The position numbers and the translations under genes were made by a program. Below the pieces are notes generated by a model. It was not told where the DNA came from. It saw nothing but the letters and a program-made list of their open reading frames with translations, and searched no databases. From Octopus sinensis (lineage: Eukaryota), in contig NC_043023.1 of the NCBI RefSeq assembly GCF_006345805.1, positions 17,112,001 through 17,176,000 of the forward strand: a stretch of DNA of 64,000 bases, written 5' to 3'. How positions within the stretch are numbered: the first letter of the stretch is position 1; the number at the start of each line of letters is the position of its first letter. Positions 1 to 14,762 of this stretch are shown here, in pieces.

Positions 1-290
1 AGGAAAAGGGGTTTGACCTGTGAAGGAGCGGAGAGGAAAGAGGCAGAGAGAGGGGGGGGGAGGGAGAGAGTAACAGAGAGAGAGAGAATGAGTGAAGTTG
101 AGGAACTGAGAGAGGGGTGAGGTGAGAGAAAGTTGATCTGAGAGAGATGCAGAAAGAGAAACGATTGCAGAGGGAGAGAGGGGAGGAGGGGAGAGTGAGA
201 GCGGAAATAGAGGGTCTGGTGGATGGGGAGACAGATAAGGTATAAACTGTATGAGAGAGATAGAAATAGAAATGTAAGAAAGAGAGGGAG
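1..290. repeat. GA-rich low-complexity tract
   Basis: Purine-only (GA)n-like sequence. Confidence 0.8.
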
Positions 291-562
291 AGATTATAAA
301 GATAGAATAGCGCGTATTTTTATATCTTTTTAATTATCATTTTCTGTTTGAAAGAACACTAATGATAACAAATAATAAAAATGTATGAGAGAGATAGAAA
401 TAGAAATGTAAGAAAGAGAAGGAGAGAGTGTGTGGCAGGTACGGGGGACGAAATTATAAAGATTATAAAGATAGAATACCGCGTATTTTTATATTTTTAT
501 ATCTTTTTTTTTTTTTTTAATTATTTTCTGTTTGAAAGAACACTAATGATAACAAAATAAAT
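247..562. repeat. Local direct duplication of a ~135-bp unit
   Basis: atgagagagatagaaatagaaatgtaagaaag...gaaagaacactaatgataacaaaataa occurs at ~247-380 and again, with a small insertion, at ~382-562. Confidence 0.75.
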
Positions 563-595
563 AATATCTTCCTTACCTGGCTGAGAGAGTACTTA

Positions 596-921
596 CGTAT
601 GTATATACATACATACATGCATACATATATACATACACACATATACATACATACATATGCATACATGCATACGTACATACATACATACATATACTTACAT
701 ACTTATACATACATACATACATACATACAAATACATACATACATGCATAAACACACATACATACATACATGCATAACATACATACGTTCATACATATATA
801 AATACATACATACATACATACACATACATACATAGATTCATACATATATAAATACATATATACATATACATACATATACATACATACATATACATACATA
901 CATACATATACATACATATAT

Positions 922-954
<33 letters not shown>

Positions 955-1267
955 CATCCATACATATATATACATACATACATATATATACATACGTACA
1001 TATACATACATAAATATACATACAAACATACATACATGCATACATACATGCATACATATACATCCATAAATATATATACATACATACATATATACATACA
1101 TACATACATACATAAATACATATATACATATATACATATATTCATACATACATACAAACACATATACACATACATATATTCATAAATAAATACACATAGA
1201 TACATACATACATAGATACATACATACATATACATACATACATACAAACATTCATACATACATGTAT
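596..1267. repeat. Degenerate (ATAC)n microsatellite array
   Basis: ATAC/ATAT/ACAC units; paralogous to ~6970-7481. Confidence 0.95.
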
Positions 1268-1523
1268 TGAGGAGAAGTGGGCCATTGAACTGAGGAGAAG
1301 TGGGCCATTGAAATGAGGAGAAGTGGGCCATTGAATCTGAGGAGAAGTGGGCCATTGAAATGAGGAGAAGTGGGCCATTGAAATGAGGAGAAGTGGGCCA
1401 TTGAATCTGAGGAGAAGTGGGCCATTGAACTGAGGAGAAGTGGGCCATTGAAATGAGGAGAAGTGGGCCATTGAATCTGAGGAGAAGTGGGCCATTGAAA
1501 TGAGGAGAAGTGGGCCATTGAAA
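1268..1523 (+). repeat. Minisatellite of 11 x 23-24 bp (tgaggagaagtgggccattgaa + c/a/tc) derived from LINE ORF2 sequence
   Basis: The last unit reads straight into EEKWAIEKIKLNPKVFFSFARK of the LINE. Confidence 0.9.
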
Positions 1524-3404
1524 AAATCAAACTCAACCCCAAAGTGTTCTTTTCATTTGCGAGGAAAACGCAGGGTCACTGTCTCCACTGTAGGCCCTCT
1601 AATTGACGAACTGGCACTCTCCAAGATAATGCCAAATCCATGGCCGAGATACTGCAGAAACAATACTGCTCTGTTTTCATCCTGATATGGCCGATCTGGG
1701 CTGTATCAGTGATGTCAACCCCCAACACACTATATCGGACATAACGTTTAGTGCCCCTGATGTCTTAGCGGCGATAAACGAAATAAAACACAATTCAGCA
1801 GTAGGCCCCGATAGGTTCCCTGCTTGTGTCCTGAAGGTGGTGTCGACACCAACTTGCATCTCCCCTTGCTAATCTGTGGAGAAACTCACTGGATGCTGGC
1901 TATATTCCAAAAACCCTTCTGTCCAGTCTGTTGTCCCAGTTTTCAAAAGGGAAACAAGTCCCTTGCAGTGAATTACCGTCCGATCTCACTCACCTCTCAT
2001 ATCATCAAGGTATTTGAGAGGGTGGTGAGATCTCGAATAACCAATTTCTGGAAAGCAACAGACGGCTGATCTCCAACCAACATGGGTTCCGTAATGGAAG
2101 GGACTGCCTAACGCAGCTTCTGCATCACTTTGAGGACATTTTGAGAGCTTTGGGAGAGGGCTCCAACACCGATGTCATCTACCTTGATTTCAGTAAGGCC
2201 TTCGACAGGGTCGATCACAAGATCCTATTGAAAAAACTATCCAACATTGGTGTCTCTGGAAAGTTACTGAAATGGATAAGTGTTTCCTGACAGACAGATC
2301 TCAACATGTTGTAGTTGAAGGGGTAAAATCAATCCCAGCCAAAGTCAGTAGTGGCGTTCCGCAAGGCACTGTGCTGGGCCCACTTCTTTTCATCATTTAC
2401 ATTAATGACATTAATGACATCATCAAGCACAGCAACATAAAAATCTTTGCAGATGACTCCAAGCTACAGAAGGTCATAAATGAGGCGAGTGACGGACATG
2501 CCTTCAGTCAGATCTACTGGCTGTTATCCAATGGCAGAAAAAAACAATATGCTGCTGAACGAGGATAAATTTGAGCTAGTCCACTTTGGAAAAGAGGATG
2601 CCCTGAACTCCCATACTCCCTTCCTTCAGGTGAAACTCTCGCGGCGTCCAACAACATCAGAGACTTGGGAGTAATTGTGGACAACAACGTAAGCTGGGCC
2701 ACTCATATAAACACCAAAGTTGACATGGCCCGCAGAATGTGTCCTGGATTCTCAGAACTTTCCAGTCGAGAGATATCCACACCATTATCCTTCTCTTCTC
2801 CACTTTTGCCCGACCCCACCTTGAATACTGTTGTCCACTGTGGTCTCCCCACACAATACAAGGTATCATAAAGTTGAAGCACCTCAAAGGGCAATCACAA
2901 AAAAGATAGATGGCATGACAGGCCTCGACTATTGGGGTCGGCTAGAAAAGCTAAAACTCTATTCTCTCCAACGTCGTCGTGAGCGCTACATCATCTGCAT
3001 GATGTGGAAAATATTCCATCAGCATTGCCCAAATGATGTTGGCATCACCTTTAAGGTACATCCAAGGCTTGGGCCCCGTGCCATCCGCCCAAAACAAAAT
3101 CGCACTCTCATCTCATAACAACAATACGGCACAATATTTCACCTCAATGGGCCCCGCTCTCTTTAACATTACACCAAAACACATTAAACAGAAACTGACC
3201 TTAGGGTTCAAGAGGTCTTTGGACAGATTCCTTCAAGAAATCCCGGATAAACCCCCTACACCCGGATATGTCTCTGTAAACAATAACTCTCTACTTGAGT
3301 GGGTCATAGTGCCCAAATTCTGACTTGAAAGACTTCACCAGGTGGTGCTATTAAGTTAGACATGGCCTGGGCCAATAATGGCCGAAACCTATCAAAGTAT
3401 CAAA
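1268..3404 (+). mobile_element. 5'-truncated, frameshifted CR1/L2-group LINE (RT domain and 3' end)
   Basis: NYRPISLTSHIIKVFERVV, SGVPQGTVLGPLLFIIYIND, IFADDSKL, LYSLQRRRER; ends in (TATCAAAG)2; GTAT duplicated at 1264-1267 and 3405-3408. Confidence 0.92.
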
Positions 3405-3893
3405 GTATACATACATACATACATACATACATACATTCATACATACATGTATACATACACACATACATACATATATACATACATTCATACATACATGTAT
3501 ACATACATATATACATAAATACATACATTAACATATACATACATACATAAATACATGCATACTACATACATACACACATACATAACTACATACATACATA
3601 TACATACATACATATATATACATACATACATACATACATACACACAGACATATACATACATACATATATATACATACATACATATATGCATACATATATA
3701 CACATACATACATATATATACATACATACATATGCATACATACATATATATACATATATATATACGTATATATATCTATATACATACAAATTTATATATA
3801 CATACATACATATATACATACATGCACACACATACATACATACATGCATACATACTTACATACACACACATACATACGTACATACATACACAC

Positions 3894-3928
<35 letters not shown>

Positions 3929-4859
3929 CATACATACATATATATACATACATATATACATACATACATAAATATACATACGTACATATATATACATACA
4001 TACATACACACAGACATATACATACATACATATATATACATACAGACATACATATATACATATATATACATACAAACATATATATATATATATACATACA
4101 TACATACATACATATATACATACATGTATATATACATACATACATACATATATATAAATACATACATACATATATATATATATATACATTCATACATATG
4201 TATGCATACAGAAATACATACATATATATACATACATACATATATATACATATATACATACATACATACATATATACTTACATGCACAAACATACATACA
4301 TACATACATACACACATACATACATACCTACCTACCTACATACATACATACATACACATACATACATACAAACAAACATACATACATACGTACATACATA
4401 CATATATAAATGCATACATACATACATAAATACCTACATACATATATACAGACATACATGCATATATAATACATACATACATACATACATTCATATATAC
4501 ATACATAGATACACATACATACATACATATATACATACACACAAATACATAAATACATATACATACATTCATACATACGTACATATATACGTACATACAT
4601 ACGTACACATACATACATAGATACATACATACACATACACACACTTACATACATACAAACATACATACATACACACATACATACACACATACACTCATAC
4701 ATACATACATAAATACATACTACATACATACATGCAAATATACATACATATATACATACACACACATATACATACATACAAAGATACATACATACATACA
4801 TACACACATACACACATACATACATAATACATACATACATGCACATATACATACATACA

Positions 4860-4893
<34 letters not shown>

Positions 4894-5010
4894 CATACAT
4901 ACGTAACTACATACATACATATACATACGTATATATACATACACACATACATATACATACATATATATACATACATACATACATACATATGAATACATAC
5001 ATACATATAT

Positions 5011-5042
<32 letters not shown>

Positions 5043-5195
5043 GCATACACACATACATATATATATACATACATACATATATATATACATTCACACACAT
5101 ACATGCATACATACTTACATACATACATGCATACATACATGCATACATACATACATACATACATACATACATACATACATACATACATACATACT
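3405..5195. repeat. Degenerate (ATAC)n array
   Basis: Paralogous to ~7478-9070 plus 9781-9975. Confidence 0.95.
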
Positions 5196-6290
5196 TAAGT
5201 GTATGCACCTATCTGCATGAAAATGGCTGTCTTGCATTTACTTGATAGGTAATATGAGAACATACTGTGTCACCCTGCGTCGCTGCACCCACCATTTCTT
5301 AGTGATTCCCTGACGGACGACGCCTTTGTATCATTTAGGCGACAACCCTCCAACCCATGGTTCTGTTAGGGTAGTCGATGCTAGTGATGGTTTTACGAGA
5401 TCAAAGTGCAAATGCTAACTCGTCCCTTTTAATCTTTGTTTACAAAATGGGTCTATTCATTGATATGCCAGTCCCCTTCACAGCCCTGGTGGCCAACGTG
5501 AAATGTAGTGTCTTGCTCAAGGATACAATACGCCATCCTGTCTGGGAATCGATCGCACGTTCAGCGGATAGTAAATGCAAACCCTGACCCCTAAGCCACT
5601 CACATTCACTGATGAAAAAAATGTATAAACTTTGGGATTTTATTTAAAATTTCAATAAATTGATAATCGTGTTTCCTGATTGTGAATATCGGATCTTGTC
5701 CGTTTGAAAGGCACTTTTTAAAATAATTTCCACGAACCTAAAGACTTTTCAACTGCAAATTCTTGTAGAATGTGTTTATAAAACATCTTTTTCTCTTGGC
5801 TTTATTGAGAAAATTCTATAGTTTGTAAGATATTTGTTGTTGTTTTTCTTCAATTTCTGCAATTTCAACCAATCAATGACGTCTGTTGAGGTAAAAAATT
5901 TTCTTTGTCGTATGAATATGTCCCTCTTTTAAGAAACAGATTGGATTTATTTACATTTGTGAAGAAAAAAGATACCCCCCCTAAACTTAAAACAGATTGA
6001 AATGCAATAGATCGATACTAGGATCATAATTATGGATGACAATTTGATATGACACCGCCAGAAAAAAACTGCCTTTCAAACCGAAAATATCCTGAATATC
6101 TTCTAATCGATTCTTAATATTAACTGATTATGTTCAGCGGAAAAAATGGCTGCTTAAGCGCATAAAATATTTATACTGTAATGATTTTTAGAAAGATAGA
6201 AAATATACTAATAACAAATGAATCATGATAAACTAAAAATTGATTAGACTCAAGGTTGTTTATCGCAATCTCTAGCTGGATATTATTAAT
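5196..6290. repeat. Non-coding block, copy A of a tandem segmental duplication
   Basis: Highly similar to 9975-11085 along its whole length. Confidence 0.9.
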
Positions 6291-6505
6291 ATACATACAT
6301 ATATATATACATACATACATACATTCATACGTACATACATGCATACATACATACATATATATGTACGTAAATACACACACATATATATATACACATACAT
6401 ACATACACATTCATACATATATATATACATACATACATATATACGTATATATACCTACATACACATATATACATACATACATACAAACATATATATATAT
6501 ATACG

Positions 6506-6539
<34 letters not shown>

Positions 6540-9070
6540 CATACATTCACACACATACATACATACATACATATACATATATACATATATATGCATACAT
6601 ACATGCATACTTCCATATACATACATACATATATATATACATACATATCTACATACATATATATACATACATACATATATATACATACATATATGCATAC
6701 ATACATACATACATATATATATACATACTTATATATATACACATATATATACATGCATACATACACACATATATACATAAACATACAAACATGCATACAT
6801 ACATTCGTACATACATTCATACATACATACATACATATATATAAATACATACATACATACATATATACATACATACATACATACATACATATACATACAT
6901 GCATGTATATACATACATGCATACATATATACATACATACATATACATACATGCATACATACATACATACATACATATACTTACATACTTATACATACAT
7001 ACATACATACAATTACATACATACATGCATAAACACACATACATACATACATACACATACATACATATATTCATACATATATTCATACATATATAAATAC
7101 ATACATACATATACATACATACATATACCTACATACATACATAAATATATATATATACATCATACATATATATACATACATACATACATATATATACATA
7201 CGTACATATACATACATAAATATACATACAAACATACATACATGCATACATACATACATACATACATATACATCCATAAATATATATAGATACATACATA
7301 CATACATACATAAATACATACATACATACATATATACATATATACATATATTCATACATACATACAAACACATATACACATACAAATATTCATAAATAAA
7401 TACACATAGATACATACATACATACATAGATACATACATACATATACATACATACATACAAACATTCATACATACATGTATACATACATACATACATACA
7501 TACATTCATACATACATGTATACATACATACATACATAAATACATACATTAACATATACATACATACATAAATACATGCATACTACATACATACACACAG
7601 ACATATACATACATACATACATATATATACATACATACATATATGCATACATATATACACATACATACATATATATACATACATATGCATACATATATAT
7701 ACATACAAACTTATATATACATACATATATACATACATGCACACACATACATACATACATGCATACATACTTACATACACACACATACATACGTACATAC
7801 ATACACACACATACATACATACATACATACTTACATATATATACATACGTATATATATATACATACATATATACATACATACATTTATAACTACATACAT
7901 ACATACATATACATACGTACATATATATACATACATACACACAGACATATACATACATACATACATATATATACATACAAACATATATAGATATACATAC
8001 ATACATATATACATATATATACATACATACATACATATATACATACATATATATAAACATACATACATACATATATATAAATACATACCTACATACATAC
8101 ATATATATATATTTACATTCATACATATGTATACATACAGAAATACATACATATATATACATACATACATATATATACATATATACATACATACATACAT
8201 ACATATATACTTACATGCACAAACATACATACATACATACATACATACATACATACACACATACATACATACCTACCTACCTACCTACATACATACATAC
8301 AAACAAACATACATACATACGTACATACATACATACATAAATGCATACATACATACATAAATACATACATACATATATACATACATGCATATATACATAC
8401 ATACATACACATACATACATACATTCATATATACATACAAATATACATACATACATACATATATACATACATACACACAAATACATACATACATATACAT
8501 ACATTCATACACACGTACATATATACGTACATACATACGTACACATACATACATAGATACATATATACACATACATACACTTACATACATACAAACATAC
8601 ATACATACACACATACATACACACATACACTCATACATACATACATAAAAACATACTACATACATACATGCAAATATACATACATATATATATACATACA
8701 CACACACATACATACATACAAAGATACATACATACATATATACATACATACACACATACATACACACATACACACATACATACATAATACATACATACAT
8801 ACATGCATATATACATACATACATACATACGTACATACATACATACATACATATATACATACATACGTAACTACATACATACATATACATACATATATAT
8901 ACATACATACACACAGACATATACATACATATATATATATATATACATACATATATACATACATACATATGAATACATACATACATATATATACATACAT
9001 ACATACATATCTATATATACATACATACATATATATGCATACACACATACATATATATACATACATACAT
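6290..9070. repeat. Degenerate (ATAC)n array
   Basis: Direct reading. Confidence 0.95.
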
Positions 9071-9780
9071 TCGTGAGCTATCTGGAGTAAACATTATCTG
9101 AGAGAAATTTTCTTTAAGTAGTAGAAATGCTAAGAAAATTTTTTTTTGGCTGCTATTTCTAGTTCAGTATGTGTCAAAGTAATTTATTTTACTAAGCCCT
9201 AATTATATAATGTAATATTTTGAATTCGCCTTAAATGGTCCTTTTACATACTGAACACTTGGTGAAATTGATTAATTAATTAATTTTACCCTCAATTGTT
9301 GATATTATATAATCATTTCTCTCGGTCATACTGCCTCGGTTCTCGCGGTTAAAATATGATGTTGCTAGATAGACCCACGTGGGTGGAATGGGGAGTGCAG
9401 AATTTTCCCCTGCGCATTTTGAATTTGTTGACACTGTTTAGTTGGAGTGGTTCATCTGAAGCGACAAGTTCGCTGATAGGTAGAGTTCCTTCTTTTTAGT
9501 GTTTCCAAATCCAAATTAAGAAATTTTGAGCTGACGAAAGAAATGCTGATTTTATTTGGCTAATCTTGGAAACGTTGACGTACTCAAACGATCTATGTAC
9601 TTGTGATATTTTTCTGTATTTACCCCCAAACCTTCGTGAGCTATCTGGGAGTAACATTATCTGAGAGAAATTTTCTTTAAGTAGTAGAAATGCTAAGAAA
9701 ATTTTTTTTTGGCTGCTATTTCTACTAAGTTCAGTAGTGGCAACAAAGTAATTTATTTTACTAAGCCCTAATTATATAAT
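9071..9780 (+). mobile_element. Non-coding partial-tandem element (563-bp unit plus ~145-bp repeat) with a hammerhead motif; retrozyme or Penelope pLTR-like
   Basis: Direct repeats 9070-9210 and 9633-9780; flanked by atacatacat; absent from the paralogous site at ~5070; a related inverted partial copy lies at ~38010-38240. Confidence 0.7.
9525..9588 (+). ncRNA. Type I hammerhead ribozyme-like motif
   Basis: Stem I TTTGAG/CTCAAA; core CTGACGA; stem II AAGA...TCTT plus one extra G; GAAA; stem III ACG-TTGA-CGT; GUA triplet, predicted cut after 9582. Confidence 0.65.
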
Positions 9781-9974
9781 ATACATACATACATATATAT
9801 ATACATTCACACACATACATGCATACATACTTACATACATACATGCATACATACATACATACATACATTCATACATACATACATACATGCATACATACAT
9901 ACATACATACATACATACATACATACATACATACATACATGCATACATACATACATACATACATACATACCTAA

Positions 9975-11085
9975 GTGTATGTACCGGTGTGCATGAAAAT
10001 GGCTGTCTTGCATTTACTTGATAGGTAATATGAGAACATACTGTGTCACCCTGCGTCGCTGCACCCACCATTTCTTAGTGATTCCCTGACGGACGACGCC
10101 TTTGTATCATTTAGGCGACAACCCTCCAACCCATGGTTCTGTTAGGGTAGTCGATGGTAGTGAGGGTTTTACGGGATCAAAGTGCAAATGCTATCTCGTC
10201 TCCTTTTAATCTCTGTTTACAAAATGCAGACGAAAGTTTGGGTCTATTCATTGATATGCCAGTCCCCTTCACAGCCCTGGGGCAACGTGAAATGCAGTGT
10301 CTTGCTCAAGGATACAATACGCCATCCTGTCTGGGAATCGATCGCACGTTCAGAGGATCGTAAATGCAAACCCTGACCCCTAAGCCACTCACATTCACTG
10401 ATGAAAAAAATGTATAAACTTTGGGATTTTATTTTAAAATTCAATAAATTGATAATCGTGTTTCCTGATTGTGAATATCGGATCTTTTCCGTTTGAAAGA
10501 CACTTTTTAAAATAATTTCCACGTAACTAAAAACCTTTCAACTTCATATTCTTGTAGAATGTGTTTATAAAACATCTTTTTCTCTTGGCTTTATTGAGAA
10601 AATTCTATAGTTTGTAAGATATTTGTTGTTGTTTTTCTTCAATTTCTGCAATTTCAACCAATCAATGACGTCTGTTGAGGTAAAAAACTTTCTTTGTCGT
10701 ATGAATATGTCCCTCTTTTAAAAAACAGAATGGATTTATTTACATTTGTGAAGAAAAAAGATACCCCCCTAACCTTAAAACAGATTGAAATGCAATAGAT
10801 CGATACTAGGGTCATAATTATGGGTGACAATTTGATATGACACCGCTAGAAAAAAACTGCCTTTCAAACCGAAAACATCCTGAATATCTTCTAATCGATT
10901 CTTAAAATTAACTGCTTATATTCAGTGGAATAAATGGGTGCTTAAGCGCATAAAATATTTATACTGTAATGATTTTTAGAAAGATAGAAAATATACTAAT
11001 AACAAATGAATCATGATAAACTATAAATTGATTAGACTCAAGGTTGTTTATCGCAATCTGCAGCCGCATATTATTAATAATATTT
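9975..11085. repeat. Copy B of the block at 5196-6290
   Basis: Colinear high similarity. Confidence 0.9.
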
Positions 11086-11329
11086 CCAATTTATTCCTTC
11101 AAATGGATTAATCAGTTTATATACAAGTTCCAATGACTATTCGGATATTTCTTGCATGGACTTGTTACTTCTCTGAAATTAATGAGCTTTCCCCCGATTC
11201 TTAATATTCATTTTATTTGTGAGCTTACCATGACGTATTTCTCATTTTGACCGGTAAACAACATTTATGAGGATGTGTGTGTATATGTGTGTGTACACGT
11301 GTGTGTATGTGTGTGTATATATATATATA

Positions 11330-11480
11330 TAGGCGTGGGTGTGTCTGTGTGTTACTTCCTAATTACATGGATCCGGGTTCAGCCCCAGAGCGTGACACCT
11401 TGCGAAAGGGCCTTCTACTGTAGCCTCGGGTTTGTCAAAGCTCCAAAACCTGTAAGTGGATTTGAACTGGAAGGACCCAA
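11330..11480 (+). mobile_element. Degenerate head of a tRNA-derived SINE
   Basis: Similar to 14763-14935 (ccgggttcagcccc...gacaccttg...ggatttgaactgg). Confidence 0.55.
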
Positions 11481-11484
11481 CGTA

Positions 11485-11560
<76 letters not shown>

Positions 11561-12006
11561 AATCCATCTATCTCTTTGTATGTATGTATGTATTTATGTA
11601 TATATATATATATGTATACACACATAGATATTTATATATACATACATATATATATACACATACATAGATATAAATATATATATATGTATACATATGTACG
11701 TATACATATGTACATATACATATATATATACATATATATACTTATATGCATATATATATATACATATATATACTTATGTGTATACATATACATATTATAT
11801 ATATAGTTATATAAATATGTATGTATGTATATATATGTATATATATATATATGTATATGCATATATATATGTATATGTATATATACGTACATGTATATAT
11901 GAATATGTATATATACATGTATATACATGTATATATATATATATATGTAAAGCTTCCCGTTATATGTATATATATGTATATATAAATTATTTTTATTATT
12001 ATTATG

Positions 12007-12047
<41 letters not shown>

Positions 12048-12048
12048 G

Positions 12049-12086
<38 letters not shown>

Positions 12087-12100
12087 CATTATTATTATTC
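11480..12100. repeat. (TATC)n, (TA)n and (TAT)n microsatellites
   Basis: Direct reading. Confidence 0.95.
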
Positions 12101-12510
12101 AGAAAAACACGTTTGGATAATGTTGATCTTATTGCACGCTCTCAGTAGTTTCTTAGCTATAAAAGGTTACTAAATCAAACCTGTGGTTAAACAACAACAA
12201 CAACAACAACACTAGCATGCCCAGTTTCCAAGCTGTGCCTTTTCCGTTAAAATGACAGACTTTTCTGAATCTGCTGATTCTACCCCGACTCATTTCTTAT
12301 TTATTCGTCATGTCAAAATAGTTTTAGATTTTTAATTCTGCAATATTTATTCCTGTTCTTACTTACGAGTAATACGTTTAAAGTAGATCAACAAGAATCG
12401 AACCAACCTCAATATATCATTAGCTCCTTTATCGATCGAAGGCAAATCTGGTATTAACAGTAAATGTAATCTTGGTCAAATACAAACACACAAGGCAAGA
12501 TTAAAGAAGT

Positions 12511-12820
12511 GTGGGGGCACATGGCCTAGTGGTTAGAGCAGCGGACTCTCGGTCGAGGGATCGCGGATTCAAATCTCAGGCCGGGCGATGTATGTGTTTA
12601 TGAGCGAAATACCTAAGCTCTACGTGACTCGGGCAGAAGATAATGGCGAACCTCTGCTGACTCTTTCGCCACAACTTTCTCTCAGTCTTTCCTCCTCCAT
12701 CTTGCAGCTCATTTGCGACGGATCGACGTCCCGTCCAGGTGGGGAACCTATACGCCAAAGAAACCGGGAAACCGGCCCTTATGAGCCAAGCATGGCTCGA
12801 AAAGGAACAAACAACAATTG
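12511..12820 (+). mobile_element. tRNA-derived SINE (second family)
   Basis: A-box tggcctagtgg and B-box ggattcaaatc followed by a non-tRNA body and an (AAC) tail. Confidence 0.75.
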
Positions 12821-13535
12821 TAAAGAAGTTTGCTAATTACAAGGGGAATTTGTAACATTCACGCTTTTCTCGTGGAACATTATCATTATTGACTTAAAAT
12901 CAAATTACAATCCTAATCAAGGGTTTATTTCATAAAATGCTTAACTCCTTTCTTGTACTCGTTGACCACACCTCTTTCGAGGTCGTTAAGTGTAATGTAT
13001 CTAATGCAAAATTAAATATTCAAAGATATCGATATATTGCGAAGTCAAAATAAAATACTATTGTTCAGTAAGCATATAAATTCAAGCTACTTACTTCAGA
13101 CGGTTTATATGCTAAGATCGATGGATGAAAGCAGTCGTTGATTGAAAAACTAACAAAACTGTGAGGAAATCTGATAATTTACTTAAGAAGGAAAGAAAGT
13201 CAAGTTTCACACCAATGAAAAAAATTTGGAGAAATTGTTTTAAGACAATATCGTGTTTTCGAAGCCATTGAAAAAGAAATCAACTGAGAAGAATCCTGAA
13301 TTTATTCTTAAATTATCGGAACGAAGAGAATAGAAATAAACCAGAGCACTCAGGGAGCGCAAACCTCCGTGAAGGCAACACCAACTTCCTCTCAACAATT
13401 TTCCCGGGGAAAATTGGCTTCTCTCACAAAAAACAGAATACTAAAATTGAACCCGACCGCTCTCAAAAATTAAGTAAAAAACGGGAAAATAATCCAGAAT
13501 CCTTGTCCGGTACAGGATCGATCTCAAAATCTAAT

Positions 13536-13662
13536 CAGTTCGTGCCTAACCACGAAGTCAAACATCTCTGAATCCACCCAGTTCGTGCCAGCCACGAGGT
13601 CAAACATCTCTGAATCCACCCAGTTCGTGCCAGCCACGAGGTCAAACATCTCTGAATCCACC
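13536..13662. repeat. 3 x 42-bp tandem repeat
   Basis: cagttcgtgccagccacgaggtcaaacatctctgaatccacc; units 2 and 3 are identical. Confidence 0.9.
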
Positions 13663-13899
13663 CAGTGGTTGTTGAAATATCTTGTTCCCTGAAAACAATA
13701 CCTCCGCTTTAGCAAAGGTGGAAGTAATAAAAGAAATCCTGTTTATTGGAACTAGAAAAAAGAAACACCAAAAAGCAGAAGATACTGATTCCAGTGGGAC
13801 ACGTCCGGTTGGTCGATTTTGCAACTAAAAGTGAAGTTTACTTAACAACCCTGTGACAGTCATGAATCTGAAAGGTAAGTGAATTAATAATATTAAGAA

Positions 13900-14720
13900 T
13901 GAAAAGAGAGATAATTACTGAAATTGTTTTATAATTCTATGATATAAAATACTGTAGCTGACTTGTGCTTTTATTATACTCGGTTTACCATTTTCATTTT
14001 CCACTCCCAGTGAAAATTGAAAGGGCAGGGGTAGATTTGTAGAAATCATGGATCGACTGATAAACCATCCTTTCTACTCTGTGATGAAGCTTAACGTTCT
14101 GATTTCGAATTTTGCTGTGATTTAGGATTTAATGTAGATAGACAGATTTAAAATAAAGAAATAGATATGAAAATAGGGTAATAAATCTTAGGATAGTGAT
14201 TAGCGATCTGTTGAATATTAAAATAAATAACACTGGGCAAATTTTTCTTGTCTGGTGCCTGGAATATTTCAATGAATTCCAAGTGATTTTGCCTGCTAAT
14301 TTCAAACTTACTACAGTTTTTTCTTTATCAGGTCTGATTTTCTGACTAGACCTGATAGAGTATTTTATTCATACAAGAGGCATATAATATGAATCAATAA
14401 AGAGAGATTATTACTAAAATTGTTTTTATAATTCTATAAGATAAAATACTGTAGCTGACTTGTGCTTTCGTTACATTCGGTTTACAGTTATTATTTCTCA
14501 TTTCCACAGAGAATGGAAAGGACAGGGGTAGATTTGTAGAAATCATGAATCGTCTGATAAACTATCTTTAGTATTCAGTCATGAAACTTTACATTTTGAC
14601 TTCGAATCCCGCTGGGATTTAGGATTTAATTTGGATAGATTTCAAATAAATGAATTGAAATATAAATAGGGTAATGATTCCTAGGGTAATAATTACGGTG
14701 CTGTTGAAAAACAAATATAA
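13900..14720. repeat. Diverged direct duplication, ~495-bp period
   Basis: aaagagagat(a)attact...aatactgtagctgacttgtgcttt...caggggtagatttgtagaaatcatg at ~13903 and ~14399. Confidence 0.8.
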
Positions 14721-14762
14721 CTTTAGGTATTTCATTTAATAAAAATAATTATTAAACAATTA

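Noticed and set aside
1268-1523. CRISPR-like array
   Set aside because: Repeats abut with only 1-2 variable bases, there are no spacers or cas genes, the context is eukaryotic, and the unit is LINE coding sequence.
12511-12585. tRNA gene
   Set aside because: A and B boxes continue into a ~230-bp non-tRNA body and tail, so this is a SINE head; no clean cloverleaf.
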